Assembly (NCBI RefSeq): GCF_009914755.1
Contig: NC_060932.1
Reading direction: 5' to 3' (one strand)
Length of the DNA: 64,000 bases
Origin: the human T2T-CHM13v2.0 reference genome, Homo sapiens
Shown: positions 1-21,362 of the stretch, one piece after another
Layout: each line of letters starts with the position of its first letter
How positions within the stretch are numbered: position 1 is the first letter of the stretch
Program-made: the position numbers and the translations under genes
Notes under the pieces: generated by a model
Seen by the model: the letters and a program-made list of their open reading frames with translations, nothing else
What the model was told of the DNA's origin: nothing
Databases searched by the model: none

Positions 1-2079
1 ACATAAATGTACATATATATGTTAGAAATATGTTTACACATTATATTTTTAACCTATAATTTTTTTTGTGTTTGTGTGTGTCTAAAAGGCCTTTCTCTCT
101 TCGGATCTTGTTTTTTGAGGAATATTTGTTTTTGTTCTCAGTCAACTGAATTCTGTCTCTTTATTTTACTTATGCCTGTCCCTGTTTTCTCTTGCCACCC
201 TTGATGCCCACATAAAAGATGTAAAATAATTTCTGATAACTGGGGATTGCTTAAAACAGAAAGGGCATCAGACTTCTTTTTCTCCAAATCACTGAAATCA
301 CAGATTTTGTTTATCAAATCCCAAGAGTTGTAAACAGACAAGTTTTTTTGCAGCTCTTAAACTGCTCACTTTTTAAATTGCATTACTGGATCTTAATGAC
401 TTTTGAGGGTTTCAAAAATCACTTTGCATAATGAGAAGGTTTTTGACCTTGGTGTGTGTAATAGCTAGGTAGGAGATATATTTTTAGGGCTGGCTATCAG
501 AAGAGATATTTGTATGCCTTTGGCTGCCTGGAAGGTATGGAAACATCCCAATGCTCCACTGAATAGTGAGACTACCATGGGATATGAGCTGATTATTGAA
601 TGGGCTAATTGGCTTTTCTTGGCTACCAACCTCAGGGGAAATGTAGTGAAATGCATGTTAAAAACATGGCATTGTCTCATCCCATAATGTTTTCCTCTTT
701 TCAGGGCCTGAGGATTTTATGTAAAAATCAAATACTTGATTTTTGGATATCTGTTCTGCCTTACAGCTGTGCCTTCATGTTAGGCCCTAGAAGCTGCATG
801 CTTCCTTGGCCCTGTTTCTTAAAAGGCTCCAGCCTAAAGCCAGTAAGCCAATTTTTAAAAATCTTCAAGGAAATCACATTTAAGTGTGTCTGCTTTCCTT
901 GGCCATCTTAACTGAACTTTTACACCATTTTTTTTTTTTGGCTTTAGTAAAATATAAATCCTCCATCTTGTTTCACATGAGTCATCTCTTTAAAAATGCA
1001 AATTTAGAATTGCCTCACTAATAACTGTTTACAGTAGGGAACAAGTATTCAAAAGACGAATGTGCTAAAGTGGAGAGGAAAAACTGGCAAATGAAAAATC
1101 TTTTGAATCCCTAAGATCTACTTCTGTGTGCCTATATGTCTAAATATTTATATGAATTATGCATGTAATGTTTGAATACCAAAAATATGTGAAAAGGCTC
1201 TAATTGGCTTTTTAAAAAGTTCTTAAATATTGTATCAGAAATTAGAAATTAGAAACTTATTCCCAAATACTTTTTCAAGTTTTGGTTAAAAAGAAACTTC
1301 AAGATGTCTTCACAATAGTTAGCATACATTATTGTTTAGATGTATTGGTCCAGTGGTTTTTTTCCTTTTTTCTTTTTTTTATTTTCTGGTCAAGTGGTTT
1401 TATTTTATATCTTCTAGCTACTATAACATGTCAAAATTTGCCACAAAGTTACAAACTATAAACCCAGACCCAAACAATAATTTTTGTTCATGTAATTTTT
1501 GATAAATATTTAATATTGTTGATTTAATGAAAACAGCTCAATCCAGAGTTATCAGTAAAAAAAACTATTAATAATAAGTTAGGTAAATGTAATAGAATAA
1601 AAGCTTATAAATGAACTTGTCATATAAGTTAAATCTTAACATTATATTAAATCAAATAATAGATATTAGATGTCTGGATCATTATCAATTTTTAAACTAT
1701 ATTATTGGAAACATTTTCAAAATAATTATAAGATAGTCCTCATCTATAAAATGCTGATGTGACAATAAAGATTTCTTACTTCTTAGGTTTTCACAAAAAA
1801 TTTATTACCAAAAATCAAAATTTTAGTTAATATGTGATTTTACATATAAAGTGTGCCAAAATAAGTTTTATTCTGATGAAAAAAGAAAAATTGTGAGAAA
1901 TAAAAATGAAATAAAGAAATGATAAGAAACAGAATGAAAATAATTGTTGTCCAATTCAAAGATTATTGAAGGATTCCTTATGAAACAATGTAAAGGGAAC
2001 CAGTAAGTGACAGAGAGATTTAAAGAAAGTTATAAAGAGATTATAAAGAGATACATTCAGTAAGAAATACCACAAAGAT

Positions 2080-2375
2080 GCTGGGCACGGTGGCTTATGC
2101 CTGTTATCACAGCACTTTGGGAGGCCAAGGTGGGCAGACAAGATCAGGAGTTTGAGACCAGTCTGTCCAACATAGTGAAATCTCGTCTCTACTAAAAATA
2201 CAAAAATTAGCTGGGTGTGGTGGTGTGCACCTGTAATCCCAGCAACATGGGAGGCTGAGGCAGGAGAATCACATGAACCCAGAAGGTGGAGGTTTCAGTG
2301 AGCCGAGATTGCACCATTGCACTCCAGCTCAGGTGACAGTGTAAGACTCTATCTGAAAAAAAAAAAAAAAAAAAA
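2080..2375 (+). mobile_element. Alu (AluS-type), full length
   Basis: gctgggcacggtggcttatgcc start, A5TACA6 linker, poly(A) tail at about 2357-2375. Confidence 0.95.
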
Positions 2376-3018
2376 GGAATTATTACAAGGAAAATAATTT
2401 TGTATAAAAAATTGTATGGTAGATTTTTATCCTAAAACAAAATGGCTGGTTATTTAAGAAAGAGGATATTTAGGACAAAACAGAAAGTCTAAGCATGTTA
2501 TAATTGGTCTGTGTAATAATACGCTTCATTAAAAAGAAAATTCTTTTAAGAATTTTGTGTGTGATTCAGTTGGCTAGAATGGAAGGAAAATTATTCATAA
2601 TAGCCTTTCTGAAAAATTAAGCTTTGATTTTTAAAATACACTAGAAGAAAACAAAAAAATTGATTAGAACCACAAGATGCTTTTAAGCATTAATTTAATA
2701 AAATTGTAAGATTTTTTAATGTTTAATTCTATAATCTGTTTCTAAAAGGTTTCTCAGATGAATATCTCAAAAGTTTAATTTTTGCTGAACCCCATTGCTT
2801 CCAGCTTACTCAGCTTATTCTCCCTTTGAGAAACCTGGGATAGTAACTCTCTTCTTCAACTTTTCTTGACTCCAGTAGCATTTTTTTTCTTCCTCCAATT
2901 CTAAATCTGTTGTTATGGCCTGATGATGAAATGTTTTATCTTGAAAAGTATTTTTTTTTAAAGGCAATGTTTTCCTCCAGTATAAGTTAATTCTACACTG
3001 TTGCCTTTTCTTAATATG

Positions 3019-3631
3019 TTTATGGGCCTTGAGCCCTCTGAAGGTTAGCTTAAAAATCAACTCAGAAAAGACCAATCGATTAAAGAGAGGACAGGCAGAT
3101 TTGTTTCTGAATATATACATGAAAGTTTTCAAAATAGAGGCCCAATATATAGGAGAAATTGTCTATTTTTCATTGTTTAGTTTCAACAAATTATGGAAAG
3201 CCTTGTAAACAATATGCTTGAAAAAACTTTATAATGTAGTTCTGGTGGACTTTGAGGGAATATCCAAGAAGGCCTGTCTCTCTAGATTCTTCTAAACCTT
3301 TCTGAGTTAGCATTTCTTCTTTTTAGCTATGGGGCACCTATAACCTATAGTACAACAAGGAAGGTCAGATAAGTTCTTTATGGCCAGTTCTTAGACAGAA
3401 ATTTGAAGAAAAAATTAGATTAATACTTTAAAAGTTTTATGGCTGGCTCTGAACAAAAAGTTACAGATTCTAGGGCCCACCTGGAAAATGAAGATTCTAG
3501 TTTCTGTGGCCAGGCTTGAGGGAAACTGGAACTGAGGAACACAAGGACAGGAGAAAGCCAAATAAAAAGTTTTATTTCTGAGGGTGCTTCTGAAGGTTTC
3601 ATTTTGGGGTATTGTTTTTTTCAGTCCAACA
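3019..3631 (-). mobile_element. MER39-like ERV1 solo LTR
   Basis: Minus strand begins tgttggactga...aacaataccccaaaatgaaaccttcagaagc, like MER39; flanked by a 4-bp TSD tatg (3015-3018 and 3632-3635). Confidence 0.7.
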
Positions 3632-4494
3632 TATGTCCAAAGTGTTCAATATAATTAGGCAACTTCCCATGCTGTGGCTAAGAGTCACATATTCTGCTCA
3701 AGACTTCTATGATATAGTGTTTGCATGTTACACTGGGCATACTCTTTCTGTATCTGACTAGTTCACGTTTTCTTTTCATCAGGTTTGACTGTCAGGTTGT
3801 CCAAATAGGCTTCCCATAAAGGAGAAACAGTCACTGAAGAAGGTTACTTTTTTCTTTTATTGTTAACTAATCAACAAACACTTTAAGATAATTCCTGTGT
3901 TGTTTTAATTAGTTTTTAAAAATTATTACAAAACTAAACTTTAACAGGGTTAAGGGCCTTACATCCATGTAACTTCCTATATTGCTGTTAAGATCTTTTC
4001 ATTTCACTCTGGTTAAATGAAGAACTATTATTTTATAATGGCCCGTGATTCTGTTGTAATCAAACATTTTGAGTTTTCTAATATCTTTTGACAAACAGCC
4101 TCAAATATCAAATACTGAATAAAGTCTCTGACTTAGACTTGTAGCTGGTGGCTTATCAAAACTATAAAAATTAACCACTGCAAGGTCATAAAATCTTCTT
4201 ACAGCTTCCAGTTAAGTCATGAACTCCAGTATCACCCTCTCCAGGCTGATGATTGGGCATCAGCTGAGAGACTCCTCCAGCGCCATTGAAAAGGGTTTTT
4301 ATCAAATAGTGTAAATTAAACTTTTTGCTGTTAAGTTGCAGGGCTTTGACTCCTGAGTACTTCTATCTCATCTAAAAGGTAGCACTGGCTCCTGCTGAAA
4401 CTTAAACATCAATGCTGATATCTGGCACCAAATTCTAGTTAATGAAAGCCCCACCTTCAAACCTGGGAGAAGATGAGAGTCAAAACAACTTGCT

Positions 4495-4707
4495 AATGCT
4501 ATACTTTCATGGGTCATTTCTATAGTTTGTTATTAGAGAAGTTTCTCTGAATGTGTTGAGCACCAGAAACCACGAGGAGATGCAGCATTCTCTCCTGAAC
4601 GGGAAGCCAGCTTTTGGCATTGCTTTGATGCAACTACCATTTGCCATTGATGGCAATGCATCGCTTCCTCTAGGAGTGTAAGAGGGAGTGGATGCAGTCA
4701 GAGTGGT
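4495..4707 (+). pseudogene. U3: U3 snoRNA processed pseudogene, full length
   Basis: ctatactttca..tcatttctatag..tagagaagtttctctgaa..gagcacc..aaaccacgagga..gccattgatg..gagtggt is collinear with U3 from end to end; an A-rich tail follows at 4713-4736; no snRNA-type promoter seen (flank is ERV internal). Confidence 0.92.
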
Positions 4708-4740
4708 TTTTTAAATTAAAAAAATTAAAAAAAAAATCCA

Positions 4741-5107
<367 letters not shown>

Positions 5108-5300
5108 TTTCTTGTGATACTGTGCTAGGCCTCTATACAAAGACATAAATACTAAATCATTTTCCTCTATTTTAATATAATTTGTTCTATGCCTTAAAAC
5201 TAGATAATTTAAATGTTTAGCTACCTGTGGGTTTTTTTTTTCTGTCATTGTCAGAGCTAGGCAGGGCTTATGTCCTTTGTGTTTAAACATTTTTAATTCT

Positions 5301-5588
5301 GGGCCAGGTGCGGTGGCTCACATTTGTAATCCCAGCACTTTGGGAGGCCAAGGCAGGTGGACTAATTGAGGCCAGGTGTTCGAAACCAGCCTGTCCAATG
5401 TGGTAAAACCCTGTCTCTACTAAAAATACAAAAATTAGCTAGGCGCAGTGGCACACGCGTGTAACTCCAGATACTTGGGGGGCATAGAGAGGAGGATCAC
5501 TTGAACCTGAGAGGCAGAAGTTGCAGACAGCTGAGATCCTGCCACTGCATTCCAGCCTGGGTGACAGAGCAAGACTGTACAAAAAAAT
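5301..5588 (+). mobile_element. Alu (AluS-type)
   Basis: ggccaggtgcggtggctcac start, linker, short A tail. Confidence 0.93.
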
Positions 5589-6231
5589 GCCAATTCTATA
5601 TGTAGCTTATAAAATTGGGTAAAACAACAAAACTTACCTTTCTCTTTCTATGTGGTATTTCCAAAATTTAAAACTATTTTAAATCTCACTGGGCCCAATC
5701 TATTTTTATTGCTAATGTACCACTGCTAAAACGATATAAACACCTTTTCTTACAGGTGCAGGCACTCATGTAGAAAAATTGAGCATGTGGAACTGTAAGG
5801 GCCAGTTTTGAGAGATAAAATTAGTTTAGCCCCTTCAAATAAAGGACAGGCACACATGCCTAAACAGCTGACAAAATAAGAAACTTTGCCTCCTGGGTTC
5901 TTTCCATTCATCCTAATATAAAGAATTACCTACTCTCCATAAAATTAAAAAAGAATTACTTACAGGATATTAAGATACTTAAGTGACAAAGCCTCCTGGG
6001 TAGAGTGCTCCAAGTTATGAAATTTTTACAGATACATATAGAAAGCTGTTTTAAATCAGCGATCTTAGTACAAATTACTAAAAAGACTACACACCAAAAA
6101 ACTTTGTGGAATAACAGAAGTGTCTAAATTCCTTAACTTAAATGGTTTTAATAAAATGTTTGTGTTTCACATAACTAATTACTATAGTTTGTAACTAAAA
6201 CCAAAATTATGCTAGCTTAACACACAGAAGT

Positions 6232-6621
6232 TGTTATAAGAAAAACTTCAGCCAAATTAAACTTCAAAGAATATTGAGCAATAAATAATTTGCAAATTGG
6301 TCTGCCTCCTGAGCCAGAGTAGACTCAGAGACTCAGTGAAGCTGTGTGGTGGAAGAAGGTTTATGGACAGAAAAAGGAAAGTGATATACAAAAAATTGAA
6401 ATGAGGTACAGAAACACCTGGATTGGTTACAGTTCAATGTTTGCTTTATTTGAACATGGTTTCTACATTTGATTAGCCAAATCTCAGTGATTGGCACAAA
6501 TGTAGGCTACAGTCTGTTTACAAGTTTACTTGTTATAGTTCAAGGACAGGGAAATCTTTGGCCTAAACATTTAGGCCAAACTTAACATTTGTAGGGAGGC
6601 AGCTTTAGGTTAAACTTAACA
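6232..6621 (-). mobile_element. MER57-family LTR (3' LTR of a minus-strand provirus)
   Basis: TG..CA ends; minus strand ends ...aatttggctgaagtttttcttataaca as in MER57; polypurine tract (plus strand atttccctcttt) is adjacent at 6622-6633. Confidence 0.8.
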
Positions 6622-7838
6622 ATTTCCCTCTTTGGTCATCTTCTCAATTTTGAGAGACTGACAAAAATTTAGTCATTGATGTCACTATTAGTATGTACTT
6701 ACTTGGTCTTGAAACCCACTGGGAAGTGGGTTTTGTAAGGTGGGAGCAGTTGGTTTTGTAAGGTGGGAACAAGGACTTGGGATTATTTTATTTTATTTTT
6801 ATTTTTGTAAGGGTTATAGTAGAGGGTACCTCCTTATGCTGGAACATCTTTTTATATGAGAAAAAAACAAAACCTGATCCATTCTAGGATCTGTGTGTTT
6901 CCTTAAAGTCTTAGTTTATGTCATGAGTGACTCAGTTTGGTTTGGTCTGGTCTGTTGAGGCCTGATGCATGAGCTGAGTCCAAAAAAATGGCCTCTCATA
7001 ACTTTGTTTAAAAATTCTCCCCTTTTGGTCAGGTTCTCACTTAGGTGATTTAGACTGTGACCAAAACTTAGGGTCTGAGTGCCACTCTTAGTTGCCATCA
7101 CTTTGGATTTCTGGTCTCAGCATGCCATTTATAGGTTACAGTGTCCTCATGGTCACACATATTTTGTTTCAGCTCTTGTCATTCCAGTTGAAGAGAGATC
7201 ATTTGACATTCCAGAGATGGCTGCATGGAAACATTCAAAATTTTAAAGAGAATACAGTGTACCAGGAAGACTATTATTACTATCAGAAAGATAATAACAA
7301 GATTTTGGAGTAGTTCCTTACTTAGTGTCCTCATAAACCAAACCACTGAAAATCAAAAGAATGAGCTAAAGAGTCTGCTTGATTAACTAAGCAGTCTCTT
7401 CATTAAAACTCTACAAATCCATATAATACCTGGTGTGATGTATTTCTCTGTAGGCCACACATGCCAGCAGCTGCACAGATAATTTCTCTGTTTAGCCAGT
7501 AAGTAATCTAGAGCAATTCTATCATTGAGCATAACTTTCCCAAGATAAAGTCTGTTGTGTAACTTTAGCCTTTACAGTAGAATCTGCTATAACACCTATC
7601 ATTAGGGATACATTTGTAATCATTCCCTCTTGTACTTCAAACCATGGAGAAAATAGGGCTTAACAAATGATGCCCTTCTAGAAGAGTGAAGGCCTCCTCT
7701 CAATGCTCTCTTAAACCCATGATGTAGGTTAAGAGGAGTGAACAAATATTCTGTTTCTGACTGATTATGAGGCAACATACGTACCATTAAAATTTCTCAC
7801 ATTTGGCCTCTATCTTCCATCAAAGAATAAGGTTATCC

Positions 7839-8078
7839 AGATGTGAGGGTAATCTGGCTGTGACATCTGTCACTCAGTTGATCTCCAGGGTTGATTTGGC
7901 TGATCTGGCTGGCCAGGCACACTTTCCCTTCCTCCCTCACCACTCCATGTGCATCCCTCCTGAAGCTGCATGCTCAGTCCAAGAGGATGACCATCTCTGT
8001 TAGAGGAGGACCATTCTTTGGTCAAGGGTATACGAGTAGCTGCACTCCCCTGGTAGAACTTCCAAACAAGCTTTCAAG
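7839..8078 (+). pseudogene. RN7SKP: 7SK RNA retropseudogene, 3'-truncated (about nt 1-240)
   Basis: gatgtgagggtaatctggctgtgacatctgtcac...ggtcaagggtatacgagtagctgc...ccaaacaagctttcaag matches the 5' 240 nt of 7SK with CpG decay. Confidence 0.95.
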
Positions 8079-11000
8079 TTATAAAGTTGTATATGTATAA
8101 GACTAGCTACAAAATCTATCACAAAAGTATATCCCATGAGTGTGCACAACAGACCCCCCCTTTCACATCTATTGTTCATAAAGGCATAAGCAAGGGAAAA
8201 AAATATTCAGAATCTAATGTTAGCAGAGCAGTCTTTATCCGTTGTTCACATCAAGTTTGCCATCTTCTGGGGAGAAACTTTTCTGGTTAGCTTTACCTTA
8301 AGGGTTATAGTGGGTGTACAGTTTCAAGACTGTGGAGGGACCCTTCTTAGTTGTAAGATTATGAACCCAGAGTTCAAGGTTCCAAAGCTTTTCTGTAGTG
8401 TGGATGTCAAGGGCAGTCTTTCTCTGATGTTCTCAGAAGATCCAATCTATAGGCTCTAGATTATGAAGAGGTGTTGATCTCAGTGAATCATAAAAAAGCT
8501 TTTTTTGCCTGGTGAAAATACACTGTGGCATAATAATCTGTTATAACATCAGCTCTCTCGCATGGGAAAGCTTTAATACAACCAGAAAACACGCACTGAA
8601 AATGATAATTCAATGAAATCCCTTTATAAATGTTTAAATGGCCCATCAGGTAGTGGATTGTATCTGAAGCTTTCATTGTCCTTCCAGGAATATGAGTTTG
8701 ACAAACCAAACATTGGTCATAAGCTATTTTAGCAATTTAGAATTCACCACACCAATATATATTTAACTTGGATCATTTTATCTTTTCTATGATAAGTCAT
8801 GGAATGCAGAACTTTTAATAATGAAAGCTTTAAGGATGGACTCAGGAAGGATAAGGCAGCTGTCCTGGTTCTCCATGAGTCCATGCTTAACATTGAACTT
8901 ATGTAGTCTTGAATTCCAGTTGTTTCTCCAATTTAGGTTTATAGCAGTAACAACTGAAGGGTTGTCATAGGTAATTTGACTTAGACCAAGGCGTTCATTC
9001 AAACTGTGTATTTAAACAATTTCAGTATTGGTTAATTTAGCGTGAAAGTCTGACAATGTGTTTTCTTGGTATTCAGTTAATTTTCGTTCTACTTTTAAAA
9101 ACAAGTAAGTCTTTTCGTTAAAGTTCCAGGTACTCTGACACAGTCCAAATGATATGATTCTAAAATTTCCAGAAATCTGTATTCAAGAGCTCTTTTCAGG
9201 GTCTTTCCATCCTTTCAGGAATCTCCCAAAAGACACCATATTCTGGGACATTTTGGGCTTGTGAAGTTTTCAGAAACTGCATCAGTATTAAGCAATTAAC
9301 TGTGGAAATGATGTTAAATAGTCATAGTTACCCAATTAACAGGAAAATTTGGTTATTTCTGTGGTCTACAATTTATCATGATAACCATAATTATAATTCA
9401 TAGCATATGTTTATACATATTAGAATTTTAGAAATTCCATATAATTTTGGAACATATATTAACATTCATTAGAATATAACCTGAATAAGGTTAAACATTT
9501 CTTATTTTGACAGTGTTTCCCATGTAACTTAATGTGTCAAATAATCCTGTTTACCCCTGTTTTGAATTCTTCAGGGCCCTCTGTAGCATCCCAAAGTTAG
9601 AAGTCAAAAAGACTTAATTTTGAAACTGAAATTTGATTTTGGGAAGCCCATAAAATATATTAAAGGTTTAAAACACTTGATATTATAAAGTGGAATTCCA
9701 GATCACAATGTCATTCATTTAGCCAAAATGATAACTCAAAAAATGTTTAAAGGCAAAAACCCTTACTCATTGATAGATGACTTAGCTTTTCAAGCAATCT
9801 GTCTTTCCCCTCTTTTTCCTGTAGTTTATTTGGAGGGGAAAAAGACATCTTTTATTATCCTTTAGTATTACATGAAAATCTTATTCAAAAGAGAAAGCCA
9901 AATTTCATCCTTGCATTAGTGTACTATTAAAGTCAACTCCAATTTTTAGTAAAACCTTATAGACAAATTTATCCAGTCTTTATCAGTTTGACCATAAGGT
10001 GAGATTCTCAAAAACTTCTGATAATGTTTTACAAATTTGCATTAAAGAGCAGATGAGTGCTCTAAGAAAACCCTGTTTTGATTTCATTCCAATGTTCAAT
10101 TTATGGAAAAGCTGAATAATACTCCTTTAAATTTAACCAATTTAAAGTAACCACACACAGTATTTCTCTTACAAGATTATTTTTTTCACAAACCTTCCAC
10201 AACTTGCTCAAACTTTTAGCTTTATTTTATCTAAATTAAAACAATCCTTTAACTCTCTAAATTAGGCAAAAATTTACATTTTAATGCCTTCTTATAATCT
10301 TTTACTGAAAGCACATTTCACTTTCCTCACACAGCTTCCATAGATAACTTTTTTCAGTAGTCTGAATTACATGTTACAATGTTAACCCTTAGCAATTTTT
10401 ATTTTTGGTGAAAAATCTGGCAAGTAAGTGACTTTAATTATGTACTAGGTGTGGAGCCTAGGACACCAGACAGAAGTGCAGATAAAGTCTGACCCTTTCA
10501 AGCATAGCCAGGGGCATGGCTAACTCCACATGTCCCCAGGCATTACCTAGAATCTAATGGCTCCAGAGCAGGTAAACTGAACAGATTTTAAAACTCAAGG
10601 AAGCAGTTTATTACTTTAAAGCATTTTACAGACCTAATATCTGACCTGCCTAATTTAGACCAAATGTCTTTATTTTACCAATAAACTTTAAAGCTATCTT
10701 TATTTTCAAAGCTTACTAAAGTCATGTGAACTAAAAGGCATTACAGTTTTTATTTCTCTGAAAAAAATTTGATTTAAGCACTCATTGTTTTTAAGCCAAT
10801 TAGAGCTTTTTTATTTATAAACATCACACACAACACATACACAGAAGTAGACCCAGTAGTTGTAAGACTTTTCATTTGCCAGTTTTTAAGTTTCTTAGTT
10901 GGATTACTAGCTTCAGGGTGGAGTCCCCTGAGGAAGAAGGCTAGGAAAATATGCAGTTTCTAGGACCTAATAAACAGGCACAACTGAAAGGCAAAACAGA

Positions 11001-12454
11001 TCCCCAAAAATTTAGGGTCCCATTTTATACTGGATCCCCAAAGAGAAATGCTATGGAGCAGGACAGTTCAATGATCCTTACCATGCATTTTGTTGCAGAG
11101 CAATAGAAAGCCAATTAGTTCATTTTGTGATCAGCCCATCCCTATGGGAGCCTTATTTCTCAGTGGTGGGGGAACATTGTCATACTTTCTAGGTAATCGA
11201 GAATGTGCTTCTCTGATTGAGATGTGCAAAGAGCTGAATATCCCCCCATAACTGCCATTTGCCATCCCCCAAAAATATATTTAGCCTTAGACTTTGTGAG
11301 GAATCTATCTGCTTTCAATTCCTGGGATTTCATGAGGAAAACAGGTTTTTCCCAAAATGGGGTCTGTGGTGCCTCCTCTGTTTTTCCCAAGGAGTCCCAG
11401 GCTGTTAGAAATTAATCTTATGTCCTCTCATGCATGCATCAAGTTTGGCAAGCCAAAATGGAGAAAAACAATTGAGTTGACTGAAGAGAAAAAAGAGATC
11501 CAAGAAGAGAAAAAATCATGAAGGACTTTTAAATACACCTATATCTTTGATATCCTATTTTAATTAAGCTGACTTTTAACTATAGTGCTCTTTAAAAAAA
11601 TCGTTTTAAATCTCTTATTACCTGACTTTACCTAGGCCAAACAGCCAATATTTCTGGCTTTTGAACTTTTACAAAATTAATCTCCCAGGTGAAACCAATA
11701 AGTCATAACTAAGGTTATGACTTAACCACGAGTGATGAGGTATTTTCAAAGAGGTAGTAAGCAATTTTTACAAAATCTAAAATCTCCAAAAATAGCTTAG
11801 AGAAAGAAAAATTCAAGATGGATGTCAGAAGTTGTTTATGGAGAGAAAGAGAATCAATAAATGGCAAAGGTCACACAGATATCAAACCAGAAAGGACTGA
11901 TTCCCTGAGCCAAGAATTGAAACCAGGTTGCCGTTGTAAAAAGGCAAAACCTTAGCCACTAAGCCACAGTATTGGGTAGTTTCCATTGTTCTTCCCAGAA
12001 GGAGCCTAGAGCAGCTGATTTTGAACTTGCAGAGGCTTTTAACTGCTCAAGATAATTTTTAGAACTATGACATGAACTCTAAAATTCCTGCCCTCCAGAT
12101 GGTGGAGACCAAGGAAAGTACTACCATGTGGTAACAAGGTCAAGCTCCCAAGGACATAAAACTAGATGAGAGGGAAACCTCATCTTTATTTATATATTTA
12201 TTTATTTATCTTTTTTTTTAATGTTTCAGGAAGCTGCAGCAAAGTTTGTAAATGACCAGTTTGCTGGGCTGGCTTGAACTTCGAGCTTTTGGGGGTCCTA
12301 GGCCTGCATTCTATCCAATGGTACCCCCACAGACCAATTGGTAGCACAAAGTACACCAGGTTTGCCATAGTTTAAGACTAGTCACACATATCCTTGTTTT
12401 CATTATTTAAAACTTTGCAGAGGAGACTGATTTTTACCATTTCTACAACTAGTT

Positions 12455-12478
12455 CACACACACACACACACACACACA
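12455..12478. repeat. (CA)12 microsatellite
   Basis: Directly visible. Confidence 0.95.
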
Positions 12479-12599
12479 GAGGCCAGAAGTCTGAGGATAC
12501 CCTTTTGGAGGCATGTCAGGCTTCTGGGCTTCCTTTCCCTTAGTGTTCCTAGCAACCCTGCTCACTGCACCATAGCCTGGGGGGCCTAACTTTTTCTAT

Positions 12600-13122
12600 T
12601 TTATAAAACCATAGGTATAGGTGAATTTAAAATGTTCTGGTTGAGAATTGGTGGAGTTTGTCTAAAGACCTGGGATTCATAGAAAGGGAATATTCAGGTT
12701 AAGATAAAGGTTGTGGAGACCAAATTTCTTTTGAAGTCTTATAGTGGCTGCCCTGCCCTTAGAGACAATAGATGACAAATGTTTTCTATTCAGATTTAGT
12801 TAATCTCTTTACATTTGGGGGGGTCTGGAAGAAAATGATCCAGCTATATTAATAGAGATTCTTTACAGATGTAAATTCTCCCCTACAAATAACAGGTTTG
12901 CAGGGCCATTTCAAGATATGGCAAAGAAATATGTTTTGGGATAAAATATTTTGATTTTCTTCCTTGTCTCATAATGTTATGCCAGAGTCAGGTTGGAAAA
13001 TAAGTCATGACATACAAGTTTAAATAAAACCCTTCTGATGGGAATTTACGTTTTGTAGGACATGACTACCCAGACCCTTTAGATAGGAATTTGGACAAGA
13101 TAAAATTAGAGTTTAGCCCTCA
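12600..13122 (-). mobile_element. MER4E-like LTR, 3' part missing
   Basis: Minus strand starts tgagggctaaactctaattttatcttgtccaaattcctatctaaagggtctggg, as in MER4E; contains the MER4 core gaaatggccctgcaaa. Confidence 0.75.
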
Positions 13123-13606
<484 letters not shown>

Positions 13607-14127
13607 TGTAAACCACAAATAAAATTCTAAGTTCCCCAACTGACTAAGTGGACCTCTCAGCCAAGGAGGACCAAACAAACCTGAAACACTAGCTCAGGCC
13701 ATGATGGGAAGTGAGGATAGACATGCCTCATTGTACCCTTCTATCCTTGGACTTGAGGCCCGAGTAAACAGTATTAACATTACAATTATAACTGACATAA
13801 CAGACTCTGTAACAATAAGACCAGCTCCAACCTGACTGTGGTATAACTTCACATGACAAATAACAGGCCCTAAAAGAAAAAGTATTGTAAGCCAAAATAT
13901 ATTACTTTGACATATTTTGAAATGGCCCTGCATGTCTGTCTCTTGGGGAAATTTGCATTCTCTAAAGAATCTCCCTCCCTCACTAGGTCTCTCCAGAGAG
14001 TCTGACACCTCTGATAAGAGATATTCATATCTATTCTCTCTGAAACCTGCTATCTAGAGGCTTCATCTACAAGAGAAGAACCTTGGATTCTGCAACCTTC
14101 CCCCCTTAACTGAAGCTGATTCCAACT
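13607..14127 (+). mobile_element. MER4 (B/D-like) LTR, 3'-truncated
   Basis: tgtaaaccacaaataaaattctaag...aggccatgatgggaag...gacatattttgaaatggccctgca, typical of MER4 LTRs. Confidence 0.8.
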
Positions 14128-16931
<2,804 letters not shown>

Positions 16932-16934
16932 AAC

Positions 16935-17270
16935 AATGATTTTTGATGCAGAGGTACATGTGCTTGATCATTGCAAGGGTATATTGCACCCAGTTAGTCA
17001 GAATAGTACTCAGTAGGTAGTTTATCAATCCATATTCCTCTTTCTTCCTCCTCACTCTAGTAGTATATATATTTTATTCCCATGTTTATGTCTCAGTGTG
17101 GTGAATGTTTAGCTTTCACTCATAAGTGAGAACATGTGGCATTTTATTTTCTGTTTCTGTGTTAATTTGCTTAAGATTATAGCCTCCAGTTTTATCCATG
17201 TTGCTGATAAGAACATGATTTTATTCCTTTTATGGTTGTGTAGTATTCCATGGTGTATATGGACCACAAT
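16935..17270 (-). mobile_element. L1PA15/16-like 3' end, split by the young L1; continues at 23281-23685
   Basis: Reads through across the insertion: ...gtagtattccatggtgtatatggaccaca / ttttgtttatccaatctactgttgatggg... Confidence 0.75.
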
Positions 17271-17492
17271 TTCTTTTTTTTTGTTTAATTATACTTTAAG
17301 TTTTAGGGTACATGTGCACATTGTGCAGGTTAGTTACATATGTATACATGTGCCATGCTGGTGCGCTGCACCCACTAACTTGTCATCTAGCATTAGGTAC
17401 ATCTCCCGATGCTTTCCCTCCTCCCTCCCCACACCCCACAACAGTCCACAGAGTGTGATATTCCCCTTCCTGTGTCCATGTGATCTCATTGT

Positions 17493-21299
<3,807 letters not shown>

Positions 21300-21362
21300 T
21301 ATGATGTTAGCTGGTTATTTTGCTCATTATTTGATGCAGTTTCTTCCTAGTCTCGATGGTCT

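Larger units (their letters stand above)
6622..12590 (-). mobile_element. MER57-type internal sequence; 5' LTR not present
   Basis: Contiguous with the MER57 LTR and PPT; non-coding MER4-group-like internal sequence; ends abruptly against a different LTR at about 12600. Confidence 0.6.
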
